Below, in pieces: positions 29,904 through 41,178 of a stretch of 64,000 nt of DNA (within the stretch, counting starts at the first letter, position 1; each line of letters starts with the position of its first letter). Origin of the DNA: Candidatus Poribacteria bacterium (GTDB lineage Bacteria > Poribacteria > WGA-4E > JAJDTR01). The DNA is taken from positions 4,224,001-4,288,000 of the forward strand of contig CBDCTK010000002.1 in the NCBI GenBank assembly GCA_965222225.1. Direction: 5' to 3'. Position numbers and translations under genes: made by a program. The notes under the pieces were generated by a model. The model made no database searches, was not told the DNA's origin, and saw only the letters and a program-made list of their open reading frames with translations.

Positions 29904-31235
29904 ATGATTAGACGGAGAACGTGGTTCGCGCTGGCAATCGTGCTGATGCTTTCAATCCGATTTACGGACGCAGAGGAGCCTGATGTTGGAGTCGACTTTT
30001 CCAGACCTCTCACACTTGAACAGTGCATCAAACTTGCACTGGAGAAGTCGTCCGATATGCGTAATGCACGACTAGATTTTGCCATTCAAGACCTCCGAGT
30101 CGAAAATGCGCGAGCACAATTTCTGCCCGATGTTTTGCTCGGTGGACGATATGGAATTTCCGAAAGGGCTGATTTCGGATTCAAACGCGCAAATTACGAT
30201 CTTGATGTCACGGGAAGATATACACTGTGGGATCACGGCCAGAGAACGGCAACTTACTCGCAGGCAAAGGAGACACGCAATGCGACTGAAAATCGAAACG
30301 AGCGAGTTAAGCAGGGCCTTATTTTTCAAATCACACAAGCCTATTACGATGTGCTCAAATCGCAGGAGCTTGTCAAGGTAAGTAAGGAAATTTTGGCAAG
30401 ATCGCAAGAAAACACTGCGGCAACGAAGGTTCATGTTCAAGTCGGCAATCTGATTCCCGCTGATATTGCCACTTCCCAAGTACGAGAAGCGAATGACGAA
30501 TTGAGTCTCTTAAGCAACGAGAACGATCTCAAAATCGCCTTGGCGACTTTGCCACGGTTAATGGGCATGAAACCGGACACTGTAATCATCCTTGCCGAAG
30601 ACGCTGATTATGTTCAATATCGCGATCGCGGCGAAATTGAGGTCACGGAAATGGCGGTCGAAGAAGCCATCCAGTTGGCATATGAGAACCGTCCGGAGTT
30701 CAAAGAACTTAACTCCCTCCTTGCCCAGCGTGAAGCAGATATGAAACTCGCAACGTTGGGGCGATTGCCACAACTGGACGCGGACTTCAACTACTCCATA
30801 AACCTTGATGATTACCTCCACGAACGTGAGGATTTTAATCAGTTCCGAAGTTGGGACTTTACGACACGGTTGAATTTCCCTATTTTCGATGGCGGGGTCA
30901 CTAAGCGGCTTGTTCAGGAAGTTAGCATACTGCTAAGTCAAATACGCGAGGACGCTCAGGATTTGGAACGCTCTATCGCACTGGAAGCCCGGCAAGCATA
31001 CCTTAACCTCAAACGTGCGGAACGGGCGCTAGATATTTCCGGTACTCAAGTCAGAAACGCTGAATCGAGTCTTGAGGTAATTCGCGGACGATTTCAACAG
31101 GAGCTAGCATTTCTGCTAGAATTACTCGACTCGCAAACGGAGTATGCACAAGCTGTGACCAATCAGGTTCGGTCATTTTATGATTACAAGATTGCGCAAA
31201 GTGCATTGCAGCGTGCAATGGGAACGCTAAATTGA
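29904..31235 (+). CDS. TolC-family outer membrane protein
   Basis: Signal peptide, LTLEQCIKLAL, PIFDGG, two OEP-like helical repeats; ATG 29904 with AAGGAG. Confidence 0.88.
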   Translation: MIRRRTWFALAIVLMLSIRFTDAEEPDVGVDFSRPLTLEQCIKLALEKSSDMRNARLDFAIQDLRVENARAQFLPDVLLGGRYGISERADFGFKRANYDLDVTGRYTLWDHGQRTATYSQAKETRNATENRNERVKQGLIFQITQAYYDVLKSQELVKVSKEILARSQENTAATKVHVQVGNLIPADIATSQVREANDELSLLSNENDLKIALATLPRLMGMKPDTVIILAEDADYVQYRDRGEIEVTEMAVEEAIQLAYENRPEFKELNSLLAQREADMKLATLGRLPQLDADFNYSINLDDYLHEREDFNQFRSWDFTTRLNFPIFDGGVTKRLVQEVSILLSQIREDAQDLERSIALEARQAYLNLKRAERALDISGTQVRNAESSLEVIRGRFQQELAFLLELLDSQTEYAQAVTNQVRSFYDYKIAQSALQRAMGTLN

Positions 31236-33190
31236 GATTCAACAAGAAACACAGCATTATACTCTCATTAGTCGTACTCTTGGTTGCCACGGTTGTGATT
31301 ATCGTCATTAAAATTAAAGGGAAGAGTAAAGATGACGATGAAGAGAAAATGGAAGTTGTCCGGCGCGGCGAGTTTGTTGTCAAGTTGCGTGAGACAGGCA
31401 ATCTTGCGGCTTTGCTTTCTGTAGAAGTGCGTTCAAACGTTGAGGGAGAAATTGAGCAGATTTTTGTGACGGCGGGAGCGCTTGTTGAAGAAGGGCACGA
31501 ATTGCTCAAAATTGACGATGAGCAAATCTCCGAGCAGCGGAACCAGGCAGAGGCATACCGCAACGCACAGAAAGCGCAGCACAAACAGGCGGAACTACGG
31601 ATCGAGCTGAAAAAAAAACAGCAAGCAAGTGAAATTGCCCAAGCCGAAAATTCTGTAAAAATAAAGGAAGGGCGTCTGGAATCGCTAGAACCGACTATAC
31701 GCCAACGAATCACCGAATCCGAAACTCGTATCTCGACAACTTACAACTCTCTTGCACAAGACGACATCGCGCTGCGTCAGGCCAAGATTGCGTTAGAACA
31801 GGCACAACTTGCCCATCAACGCGCGCAAGGCGCCTCTGAAGCGGCGAAGGTTAAGCTTGAAACCGTCCAAGCGGACTACAAGCGCAACCAGGAACTTTAT
31901 GAGAAAAAGTTGGTGCCGAAACGAACGGTGGAGGAATCCGACACGCGTCATGCGAATGCCCTATTCGAATACGAAACAGCAAAGAAAGATGTTGAAACAC
32001 AACTGCAATCCGTTGAATCCCGGAAACAATATATTGAGGCGAGAGAGGAAGCAATTAAGAGCCGCAAAGCAACCCTAAAACTTCATGAACAGGGACTTAT
32101 CACTATCACGGACTCGGGAGCGGCGCAAGAGAAAGAATATCTCGCTGAATTGGAAAATTCCCGTAGACGGCTTCAGAAAATACTAGAAACAACCGAGCCG
32201 GAGAAAGAACTAACGATACACTCGGAAGTGAGCGCACGAGCAACTTGGCTTGAGGCCGAAAGCGCCCTTGCCGCACAAGAAAAGCGGCTAGAATGGGCTA
32301 CCGTCAAAGCGCCAATCTCTGGTACCATCACACGTGTATTCTTTGAGGAAGGAGAAATCGTCACCTCGGGACGCTCCGCATTTTCGCGCGGTGAAGCCTT
32401 GATGACAATCGCAGATTTCTCCAAGATGATTGTCAAGACACGAATCAACGAAGTCGAAATCTCTAAGGTAGAAGTTGGGCAAGAAGCGGAGGTTCGAGTT
32501 GAAACCTACACCGATTTAGTCTTTAAAGGGCGCGTTAGCGAAATATCGCCAGGGGCTATCGTCCCTCAACAGGGTGTGGAAAACACCGTTATTACTTTCG
32601 AAGTAGATGTCGAAATACTTGAAGCGACATCTCAACTCCTTCCTGGCATGTCGGCAGATGTAGATATCATCGTTTTCAAGGGAGAGGATGTTCTCCAACT
32701 GCCCATTGAAGCTGTTATCAATTCAGAGGTATTAACCGTAAAAGCAACAGTGACGGGGAGCGACCTTAGACGCCTTCGCCCAAATCAGGAACTCAAAATC
32801 CTAAACTTGATTGGTAAAGAATTCACCGGCAAAGTTGGCAAGATCCGAGCAAATGCTTCACGCGGGAACGTGGAGATTCTACTTGATGGTACTCCCCGTG
32901 GACTACGAACGGGGCCAGCTGAAGTCAGCATATTAATTTCGGACACGAATCGAATCTCGCGCGTGCAAGCGGGGATTGGTAGTACCAAGCAGCATTATGT
33001 GCAACTTGATACTGAAACCAAAGAGTCTAAGCGAAAAAAGGGAAAAGACAACGAGATGAAGGGCGTAAAGACTAGAATAGAAGTCGGTCAGCGCAATGCC
33101 AGCCATTTTGAGATTCTTGCTGGCGTGGACGCGGGAGATCGAGTCTTTGTCCCTTCCATGGAGCAGCTTACACGGCAGGATGGGAAGTAG
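31232..33190 (+). CDS. MacA/HlyD-family periplasmic adaptor with long coiled coil
   Basis: N-terminal TM, lipoyl halves ([11 protein letters not shown]; VKAPISGTI), [11 protein letters not shown]. Confidence 0.88.
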   Translation: MRFNKKHSIILSLVVLLVATVVIIVIKIKGKSKDDDEEKMEVVRRGEFVVKLRETGNLAALLSVEVRSNVEGEIEQIFVTAGALVEEGHELLKIDDEQISEQRNQAEAYRNAQKAQHKQAELRIELKKKQQASEIAQAENSVKIKEGRLESLEPTIRQRITESETRISTTYNSLAQDDIALRQAKIALEQAQLAHQRAQGASEAAKVKLETVQADYKRNQELYEKKLVPKRTVEESDTRHANALFEYETAKKDVETQLQSVESRKQYIEAREEAIKSRKATLKLHEQGLITITDSGAAQEKEYLAELENSRRRLQKILETTEPEKELTIHSEVSARATWLEAESALAAQEKRLEWATVKAPISGTITRVFFEEGEIVTSGRSAFSRGEALMTIADFSKMIVKTRINEVEISKVEVGQEAEVRVETYTDLVFKGRVSEISPGAIVPQQGVENTVITFEVDVEILEATSQLLPGMSADVDIIVFKGEDVLQLPIEAVINSEVLTVKATVTGSDLRRLRPNQELKILNLIGKEFTGKVGKIRANASRGNVEILLDGTPRGLRTGPAEVSILISDTNRISRVQAGIGSTKQHYVQLDTETKESKRKKGKDNEMKGVKTRIEVGQRNASHFEILAGVDAGDRVFVPSMEQLTRQDGK

Positions 33191-33219
33191 CCTGCCACGT
33201 CAACAGGTGGGGTGTTATC

Positions 33220-33930
33220 GTGCTTATAGATGCTCGCAATCTTACAAAAGTCTATCAAATGGGCGATGTTAAGGTGAATGCTCTCAGAGGTGTGACATTC
33301 ACCGCTGAATCCGGCGAATTCATCGCGATTATGGGGCCCTCTGGCTCGGGGAAATCCACGATGATGGATATTCTCGGCTGTCTCGCACAGCCGACCGAAG
33401 GCGAATACTACCTTGAAGGAGAGGAGGTCGGGCAGTTGTCCGACAACCGGCTCGCCGAGATTCGCAATCGGAAAATTGGGTTTGTATTCCAAACCTTCAA
33501 CCTACTGCCGCGCACAAGTGCCCAACATAATGTTGAGTTACCTCTCATTTATGCCGGAATTGGGCGCAAAGAGCGCAAACGTCGCGCTTTTGAATCGCTT
33601 GAAGCGGTTGGATTGGCAGATCGTGTGCGGCACAAATCGACGGAACTATCCGGTGGGCAGATTCAACGCGTGGCAATCGCACGCGCGCTTGTAGCGGATC
33701 CGTCAATCATCTTCGCTGATGAGCCCACGGGAAATCTCGATTCCAAGTCGGGTGCCGAAATCATGGCGATTTTCCACCGACTTAATGAAAAGGGGAATAC
33801 AATTATTATGGTCACGCACGAACAAGAGCTCGCCCAACACGCGAGGCGTGTGCTCCATATTCGAGATGGGCTGATTGAACGAGATGAGCGACGGAATGAG
33901 GAGTCTGAAACTCCGGAGATTGAAGAGTGA
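33220..33930 (+). CDS. MacB/LolD-type ABC ATP-binding protein
   Basis: [37 protein letters not shown]. Confidence 0.93.
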   Translation: MLIDARNLTKVYQMGDVKVNALRGVTFTAESGEFIAIMGPSGSGKSTMMDILGCLAQPTEGEYYLEGEEVGQLSDNRLAEIRNRKIGFVFQTFNLLPRTSAQHNVELPLIYAGIGRKERKRRAFESLEAVGLADRVRHKSTELSGGQIQRVAIARALVADPSIIFADEPTGNLDSKSGAEIMAIFHRLNEKGNTIIMVTHEQELAQHARRVLHIRDGLIERDERRNEESETPEIEE

Positions 33931-34365
33931 GATTACTCTACTTTTAGCACAGCAAAAATCGACGCCTCTTACCTCTGCTGAGTTTCGTTATTCCTCCCAA
34001 TTCATTCGCGTGCGTTTAACCTCCCATTGAATGAGATATTCACAATTACGTTGTGAATGCGCTCACCTCAAAAATTCCTGCACCAAGACGTCCAATTCAA
34101 CTACGACCTCTGCACGAATTCGTTCAGATTCCAAGGCACTTTTGCCGAATCCTGATTTGCTAACTTGTCGGTAGATATGGCATAATAATTGCGTGTAACT
34201 TTGAGTGACCGGCCTAGCACTTCGTCTGAATCCCCAATCTTGATTTGCCTCATCAACCCAACCACCACTGAGGGAAAGACAAAAAGAGTTGCAAATAACC
34301 TTTGACCGCCATCGAAACGCTCTGTTTCGGATGGCCCAACTCAAACGTTGTAAAAGGGGGGCATC

Positions 34366-37128
34366 ATGAAGAAGATACTTGTGCTACTGACTCTTTTCGT
34401 CGCTTTTTCATGGAACACCTTCGCGCAAATTAGTTTGCCGGAGGGGGCTACTCAGCGTATCGGCAAAGGTGCAATCTGGGAGATTGCATATTCACCAGAT
34501 GGTAAGTATCTCGCAGTTGCCAGTTCTATTGGGACGTGGCTGTATGATGCGCATACGGGCGCCGGACTCTCCCTACTCACCGGACATACGTACGGCGTGA
34601 CTAGTGTAGCGTTCAGTCCTGACGGCCAGACGCTCGCCAGTGGCGGTGATTGGCCTGACAGGACCATCCGTTTGTGGGACGCGGCAACGGGCGCACACAA
34701 GTTGACGCTAGACGTAAGTGCATTCAGTGGCGGCAGTTTAGCGTTCAGTCCTGACGGTAAAGCGCTTGCGGGGACGACCTACGATAAGAAGGTACGTCTT
34801 TGGAATGCCGCGACAGGAGCTCCCATCCTGACATTGGAGGGGCATACGTCCAGCATCACTAGCGTGGCGTTCAGTCCGGATGGCCGCGCACTTGCCTCAG
34901 GAAGCGGGGACGATACCGTCCGGTTGTGGGATATAGGCACGGGGCGGCAAAAATTTAAACTAACCGAAAATAAGAATTGGGTTACTAGCGTCGCGTTCAG
35001 CCCCGACGGGCGCATGCTGGCTAGCAGCAGTTATGATGGTAGAATCCGTTTGTGGGATGCGGAGACAGGCGATCTCCAGAGATCTCTTGGAGGACATACC
35101 GGAGTGATTGCCTGCGTTGCTTTCAATCCGGATGGTCGGACGCTTGCCAGTGGAGGTGAAGACAGCACCGTCCGTCTTTGGGATGTAATGACAGGCGGCC
35201 ACAAGCGAACGATTGAAGGACATTCGTCTTGGGTCAGGAACATCGCTTTCAGTCCGGACGGTCAAACACTTGCCAGTGGGAGTTGGGACTACACCGTCCG
35301 CCTGTGGAATACGGCGACGGGTGACCACAAGCAAACGATTGAAGGGCACACGGGGATGGTCTGGAGTGTAGCCTTCAGTCCGGATGGTCAAATGCTTGCT
35401 AGCGGGAGTGGAAATCCGTTCCCTTGGATAGCGAACAACCATGTCCGCATTCTGGATCCACTAACAGGTAGTGTCCAGCAAACTCTCACTCCGCAAAGCT
35501 CTTGGGTGCAGAGCGTGGTGTTCAGTCCGGATGGGAGAACGCTCGTTAGTGGTGGAGGGCGTGACATGCATCTTTGGGATGTCGTGTCGGGAGCGCAGAA
35601 ACTAACCCTAAAGGGGCATACACGTTCGGTCTATAGCGTTGTGTATGATCGGGATGGTCGAACGCTCGCCAGCGGGAGCGATGACGGGACCGTCCGTTTG
35701 TGGAATGCTGAGACCGGTGCGCATGCTCGAACACTGGAAGGACACAAGGACAGGGTAAATGGCGTAGTGTTTAGTCCAAATGGAAGTACACTTGCCAGTG
35801 GGAGTGATGATCATACTATACGATTGTGGGATACGGTCACGGGTGCACAGCTCATGACTCTTCGAGGGTACAGGGATAAGGTGCATAGCTTGGCATTCAG
35901 TCCGGACGGGCGCACGCTTGCCAGTGGGAACGGGCATAAAATCCATCTCTGGGACTCCGTAACAGGAACAATCCAGCGAACCCTTGAAGACCATAGGGGG
36001 CAGGTGAAAAGCATTGTATTTAGTCCAAATGGACGATCGCTCGCCAGTGGCAGTGGAGATGGCACAGTGCTTTTATGGAGGATTATCCCCTCTGTCAACA
36101 TCAATTCTACCGCAAGAGTCTCGCCTGCTACGGTGCGGTTGCCTGCCCTCGGAGCAGAGTTCGCCATTGCACTCACCATTGCGGAAACCGAAAACGTGGC
36201 GGGCTATCAAGCAACCCTTCAATTTGACCCCACCGCGGTCCGCTTTGTCGCGAACATTAATGGCGACTACTTCCTTGGCGGTGTCTTTGCCGCGCCACCA
36301 GTCGATAAGGGAAATAGTGTTACGGTCACAGCGACATCCCTCGCCGGTGTAAATAGCGGAGAGGGAACGCTTGTTACGTTCACCTTTGAAGTTCTTGCTT
36401 TCAAAGAATCTAGTCTGACGCTATCTGAAGTAATTCTAGTGGCTCCGGACGGGGAGCGTCATTTTCCTCACATCGAAAACGGGCAAGTGTTGGTAAAATC
36501 CCCGGACGAAACAGGAATCGCAGGCGATGTCAATCGCGATGGCGTAGTAAATCTCCAGGATCTTGTACTGATAGGTTCGAACTTGGTTCAGGCGGGACAA
36601 AACGATGCCGATGTGAATGGCGATGGAATTGTTGATATTGTTGACTTGGTTAAGGCAGCCGGCGCAATAGGGAACGGCGCAGGTGCGCCTCCAGCGTCTT
36701 TTGATATGCAGCCGTCCCTTTCTGCAATTGATGTGAAACGGTGGCTTGACTTAACAAGAGGATTATCCTCTGCGGACGCATCATTGCAACAGGGAGTTCG
36801 CTTCTTAGAAAGTCTATTGGTGGCATTGACTCCCAAAGAGACCGTATTGTTGCCAAACTACCCAAATCCGTTCAACCCGGAAACATGGATTCCGTATCAT
36901 CTCGCCAACGACTCCAATGTCATGATCGCGATTTACGACGTGAACGGCATGTTGGTGCGTCGGTTGGACTTAGGGCATCAGCAAGCGGGGTTTTACGCTG
37001 ATAAAGGGCTTGCGGCGTATTGGGATGGCAGAAACATGAGAGGTGAGCCGGTTGCGAGCGGCACGTATTTCTATCAACTCCAAACGGGTGATTTCTCAGC
37101 GATGCGGCGATTGGTAATTGTCAAGTAG
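34366..37128 (+). CDS. Secreted WD40-repeat protein with cohesin, dockerin and FlgD/T9SS-like C-terminal domain
   Basis: Signal peptide; about 13 GH...VAFSPDG...LWD repeats; cohesin-like NVAGYQATLQFD; dockerin GDVNRDGVVNLQDL/DVNGDGIVDIVDL; LLPNYPNPFNPETWIPY tail. Confidence 0.92.
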   Translation: MKKILVLLTLFVAFSWNTFAQISLPEGATQRIGKGAIWEIAYSPDGKYLAVASSIGTWLYDAHTGAGLSLLTGHTYGVTSVAFSPDGQTLASGGDWPDRTIRLWDAATGAHKLTLDVSAFSGGSLAFSPDGKALAGTTYDKKVRLWNAATGAPILTLEGHTSSITSVAFSPDGRALASGSGDDTVRLWDIGTGRQKFKLTENKNWVTSVAFSPDGRMLASSSYDGRIRLWDAETGDLQRSLGGHTGVIACVAFNPDGRTLASGGEDSTVRLWDVMTGGHKRTIEGHSSWVRNIAFSPDGQTLASGSWDYTVRLWNTATGDHKQTIEGHTGMVWSVAFSPDGQMLASGSGNPFPWIANNHVRILDPLTGSVQQTLTPQSSWVQSVVFSPDGRTLVSGGGRDMHLWDVVSGAQKLTLKGHTRSVYSVVYDRDGRTLASGSDDGTVRLWNAETGAHARTLEGHKDRVNGVVFSPNGSTLASGSDDHTIRLWDTVTGAQLMTLRGYRDKVHSLAFSPDGRTLASGNGHKIHLWDSVTGTIQRTLEDHRGQVKSIVFSPNGRSLASGSGDGTVLLWRIIPSVNINSTARVSPATVRLPALGAEFAIALTIAETENVAGYQATLQFDPTAVRFVANINGDYFLGGVFAAPPVDKGNSVTVTATSLAGVNSGEGTLVTFTFEVLAFKESSLTLSEVILVAPDGERHFPHIENGQVLVKSPDETGIAGDVNRDGVVNLQDLVLIGSNLVQAGQNDADVNGDGIVDIVDLVKAAGAIGNGAGAPPASFDMQPSLSAIDVKRWLDLTRGLSSADASLQQGVRFLESLLVALTPKETVLLPNYPNPFNPETWIPYHLANDSNVMIAIYDVNGMLVRRLDLGHQQAGFYADKGLAAYWDGRNMRGEPVASGTYFYQLQTGDFSAMRRLVIVK

Positions 37129-37354
37129 CACAGTCGAGTCCGGGCTTCCGTGGAGCGCGACAAGGAAACTTCTGGACTATTTTGTAGGGCTGAGCGTTAT
37201 GGTGTTGCGGTAAGTCCATGAAAGCGGTATAGTGTAAGCATTATACCCAAGTTCATCTTGCGATGCCTTTGAAGCTGCCTAAGCACGGTCAAAATCAATA
37301 GGAATCCTCGCGGTCTTATCAATCATCTACTAGCACTAGCAATTCGGTATAACT

Positions 37355-38323
37355 ATGAGGCATGTAAAAGTAATAACCCCCGCTCGCCTCCACTTTGGGC
37401 TAATTGATCTCAACGGTGCGTTGGGCAGGATTGACGGTGGCGTTGGACTCGCGATCAACGATCCAATCTTCGAGTTAATCGCTAAACCTTCAAACCGAAT
37501 TGAAATCGAGTCATGGCAATACCAGCAGCGGGCATACACCATACTTGGACGTCTTCAGGCGAAATTCGAATTTCCCGGTCTGCACGTGGAGTTTTTATCC
37601 GAGATTCCCGCGCATTCGGGTTTCGGATCGGGAACGCAACTTGCGCTGGGACTTGGTCAAGCTGTCAATACTCTTTACAACCTTAATCTCAGCATCCTGG
37701 ACCTCGCCTTCGCTGCCGCTCGCGGGGGAACATCCGGAATAGGTGTTGCAGCATTTGAACATGGCGGATTCGTCCTTGATGGCGGTCATCTCTTCCCCGA
37801 TCAGAAATCCTCTTTTCTCCCCTCCTCGGCTGTCGGCAATGTTCCACCGCCACCCGTTCTTCTTCGATACCCCTTCCCAAATTGGGATTTATTAATCGTT
37901 AGTCCGACCTGCAAACATATCTCGGGCAAAGCAGAGATCAATCCGTTTCAGACGTTGTGCCCTCAACCGCAATCGACAGCAGAACGGCTTTCACATATCA
38001 TCCTGATGAAACTTTTGCCAGCAATTCATGAAGAGAACCTCCACGCCTTTGGCGATGCGATTAATCGAATTCAGACCTTCGGGTGGAAAAAGGTTGAGAT
38101 TGATGCTCAACGGGGCGTACTTCAACAGACGCTTGACTTTCTCCGAGAGAGTGGCGCGATTGGCGCCGGAGTCAGCAGCTGGGGGCCCGCGATTTTCGCT
38201 GTAGGCGAGAATCTCTCTGCCTTGCATAGGAAGACCGAAGCCTTTCTTGACTCCTTGCCAGACGGCGGTAGTTGCTTTGTCACGCAACCAAATAATGTCG
38301 GCGCCCGAGTGGAGTTGCCTTAA
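37355..38323 (+). CDS. Beta-ribofuranosylaminobenzene 5'-phosphate (RFAP) synthase, GHMP family
   Basis: PARLHFGLIDLNG..GRIDGGVGL, PAHSGFGSGTQ, RGGTSGIG..AFEHGGFVLDGGH, SSWGP. Confidence 0.88.
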   Translation: MRHVKVITPARLHFGLIDLNGALGRIDGGVGLAINDPIFELIAKPSNRIEIESWQYQQRAYTILGRLQAKFEFPGLHVEFLSEIPAHSGFGSGTQLALGLGQAVNTLYNLNLSILDLAFAAARGGTSGIGVAAFEHGGFVLDGGHLFPDQKSSFLPSSAVGNVPPPPVLLRYPFPNWDLLIVSPTCKHISGKAEINPFQTLCPQPQSTAERLSHIILMKLLPAIHEENLHAFGDAINRIQTFGWKKVEIDAQRGVLQQTLDFLRESGAIGAGVSSWGPAIFAVGENLSALHRKTEAFLDSLPDGGSCFVTQPNNVGARVELP

Positions 38324-38363
38324 TTTGCCGTTCAGTTCAGTTATGAGTTCTCAACTTTTGTTC

Positions 38364-39962
38364 CTAGTCTAAATACTCCGTAGCAACGTATAGCCGAATT
38401 TGAGTGCCGCTTCGGTTTCGCAAACAGAGGATTACTTCATTCCTATCATCGTTATCCGCGTCATCAATCTTCAAGTCGACAATCTTTCCGTCAAGTAGCG
38501 GACTCTTCCAAACGATCGTATACACCCCGTGTCTGTTTTCAAGAACCACAAATTGATCCCGCAATTCGCCGCTCGGCAGCTCCACAGGCGCGCTTAGGCT
38601 CGTAGCAATTTCAAATATTGCATCGCCATCCAAATCTCCGATCGCGATTCCCTCGCCAAACAGCGGCGGCGTTTGCCAGAGAAGTCGAGCTGTTTTGGGG
38701 TCGATATGATATGCCCGAAGGTGGCCGTCGGAATCAATCATAACAATCTCACCGCTTCGATTTGACGAGTCTGCGCTTAGTATACGAGGGGCAACAGAAT
38801 GATAGTTGACGTGAAGGGCGGACGGTTGAGTGCCCCGATCGCCTTTCGCGTTTCTGACTAAGAAGACGGTCGAATTTGCTTCGTAGTTCGACGAGTCCGT
38901 TTCGGTTTTCGCGGCAAGGAAAAAATCTGCGCCATGGGCGACCAACATCGGCGAATGTTTTGACACTAACGCTCGGTTGTCCTCTATCCACTCGACTCGC
39001 CAGGTAATATCCGGTGGAGAACTAATATAAAGTTCGTCTCGATCGTTTTCATCCTGATCTGCCGAGAACATTGTCCGGCGCTCCCGGTCCGTGATGGGTG
39101 ATTCGTCTTCTTGATACTGGATGTCCGCCAGATTAGTACGTTTGTCAAAACCAACACCGTTCCACTGTAACGTTTTTATTTGCTTAGCCTCTGCCAACAT
39201 CAGTTCATTGTAGCCATCACCATCAACATCCGCGACATCAAGGGCGAGCACTGCTAAATTTTTGTCTGGCAGCCCTTTCCATCTCAAGTGATAAAGATTG
39301 TTGATTCCTTGCGACGTGTGATTTGAGGAAGACGGCGACGGAACCGAGAGGGTTGATTCAAACTCGGCATAATGGTTGAGATATCCTGTAGCTACATCCC
39401 AAAGAAATAAAGTACCTTTCATTGGTTGATGCGGGTCGCTCTGGATTATTCGCCCCGTCAGCAACTGCTTGCACCGAAGAATCTTTCCATACTTCCATGT
39501 CTGAGGAATCGACAATAGTCCATTGTCCGTAGGGAAATCACGCCAATCAATCCCATTAATACCGATGAAGTCTTCGCCGGCATGAACAACTAGCCGTGCA
39601 GCTAGCAGACGTGTAAGGATTTCGCAAACGGGCTGAAGGTTAGCTTGGTTGGAAGTCAGTGGGATAAGTGCGATAAAGGTATCATCTTGCGGAAGTTGCG
39701 TGCTTATCTCCTCCACAGCTTGGCGAATCCCAAAGGTTGGGTTGGTTGCCTTAGCAGTGGAAGTTTTTGTCAAGAAACACGCCGTTATCACGGTAAGAAG
39801 GAGGAGGGAAAGCTGCCTCATGGAAATTGAAGGTTGCATGTTGTTAACCTGTGAAGCATGCTCAATCAAAGCGAGATCTCTCAACCGTTTGATTAGAGAT
39901 TCTGGCGGTTCGGAGCGCTTAGTCTTTGCAAACCGCCTTCCATAATTACAATAGATAGTCAA
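38364..39962 (-). CDS. Exported protein with FG-GAP/VCBS-like repeats (start probably downstream)
   Basis: ADVDGDGYNEL, GDLDGDAIFEI, DADNDDRNEV motifs; hydrophobic signal segment. Confidence 0.7.
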   Translation of the reverse strand: MTIYCNYGRRFAKTKRSEPPESLIKRLRDLALIEHASQVNNMQPSISMRQLSLLLLTVITACFLTKTSTAKATNPTFGIRQAVEEISTQLPQDDTFIALIPLTSNQANLQPVCEILTRLLAARLVVHAGEDFIGINGIDWRDFPTDNGLLSIPQTWKYGKILRCKQLLTGRIIQSDPHQPMKGTLFLWDVATGYLNHYAEFESTLSVPSPSSSNHTSQGINNLYHLRWKGLPDKNLAVLALDVADVDGDGYNELMLAEAKQIKTLQWNGVGFDKRTNLADIQYQEDESPITDRERRTMFSADQDENDRDELYISSPPDITWRVEWIEDNRALVSKHSPMLVAHGADFFLAAKTETDSSNYEANSTVFLVRNAKGDRGTQPSALHVNYHSVAPRILSADSSNRSGEIVMIDSDGHLRAYHIDPKTARLLWQTPPLFGEGIAIGDLDGDAIFEIATSLSAPVELPSGELRDQFVVLENRHGVYTIVWKSPLLDGKIVDLKIDDADNDDRNEVILCLRNRSGTQIRLYVATEYLD

Positions 39963-40150
39963 GTCAAACGAGACAAATCATGACAGGAATCCAAACGTTA
40001 ACTCAACTGGTTGCAAGGCCAATCTTCGAGTGGCAACGAGTCGTTGGTTGACTGAATTATTCAAAAGTTTAACTTGACAAATCTTAGGCGCTATGTGAAT
40101 ATAAAAAACCGTTCCTTACGTGCACAAGAAACAAACTTACTTGATGGCCC

Positions 40151-40981
40151 GTGACTCAGATGTCAACACCTGACCACTATCAGACACTAGAAGTCAATCG
40201 GCACGCAGCAGCGGGAGCGATTAAGCAGGCGTTCCGTCGGTTGGCTAAGGAATATCATCCGGACAAAAATCCGACGCGCGAGAAATTTGCCACAAAAATG
40301 TTTCGGCAGATTTCTACCGCATACGATGTCCTCCGTGACCCGGCGGAGAGGTTCAAATACGATTTAACACTAAACGCCGCAACACGCAACGCGAGTTTTC
40401 GGAGCCCCTATCATGAAGGCTTCACGCATCGGCATTACACCCAATACAGGTTTGGCTTGATGTTTCAGCAGTTGTTAACTCAGAACTATGAAGCTGGTAT
40501 CCAGATTTACGAACAGTTGCAACGAGGAAATAAGAAGTTCCGCATGGACGACTTTTTAGATTATGAAAATAGCAGGGACTGTGAGTTCCTTATCGCTGAA
40601 GCCTATCAAACCCTTGGTGACCTGCCGAAAGCAACACGTATTTACGAATCTTTGCTTGCGTTGGAAAAACGCCGACCTGTTTTTCATCATTTTGCCGACG
40701 AGATTAGAGACCGGTTAAAACGAATCTACTGCTATGCCTTAGCCGATCCGGTGCACATTGAATCTATTCCTAATAACCTAGAGAAGATCCGTGCGCTGAA
40801 GTTATCAAAACGTGAGACCGCCTGGGTATACAAAAAACTTGCGGAATTCTATTGCGAAATTAACTGGCTTGCCAAAGCCCAAGAAATGCTGCGGATAGCC
40901 CTTGAACTGCATCCACGTTTAGAGGGTACGAAGAAGATTTGCCAGAAATTAAGACTAGAACATCAGTTATGTCAGGATTGA
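40151..40981 (+). CDS. DnaJ-domain / TPR protein
   Basis: DHYQTLEV..IKQAFRRLAKEYHPDKN J-domain; TPR-like C-terminus. Confidence 0.88.
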   Translation: MTQMSTPDHYQTLEVNRHAAAGAIKQAFRRLAKEYHPDKNPTREKFATKMFRQISTAYDVLRDPAERFKYDLTLNAATRNASFRSPYHEGFTHRHYTQYRFGLMFQQLLTQNYEAGIQIYEQLQRGNKKFRMDDFLDYENSRDCEFLIAEAYQTLGDLPKATRIYESLLALEKRRPVFHHFADEIRDRLKRIYCYALADPVHIESIPNNLEKIRALKLSKRETAWVYKKLAEFYCEINWLAKAQEMLRIALELHPRLEGTKKICQKLRLEHQLCQD

Positions 40982-41178
40982 AAGCCGTCTCATCAAGATT
41001 GTAACATCTCTCGAATTGACACACAAGGCAAAAGCCTAGACTGGTGTGAAGCCGTAACAACGGCATCTGTTAGCGCACGACTCTCATTCCGTACAGGCCG
41101 GTTGTCAAAATGAGACCCTAAGTAAAATCAAGGCTCTACAATAGATTCTGAGTAAAACTGACATATAGGAACTCACTT

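Noticed and set aside
31610-31618. A9 run in the adaptor gene as a phase-variation tract
   Set aside because: In frame, encodes KKK, and has no other support.
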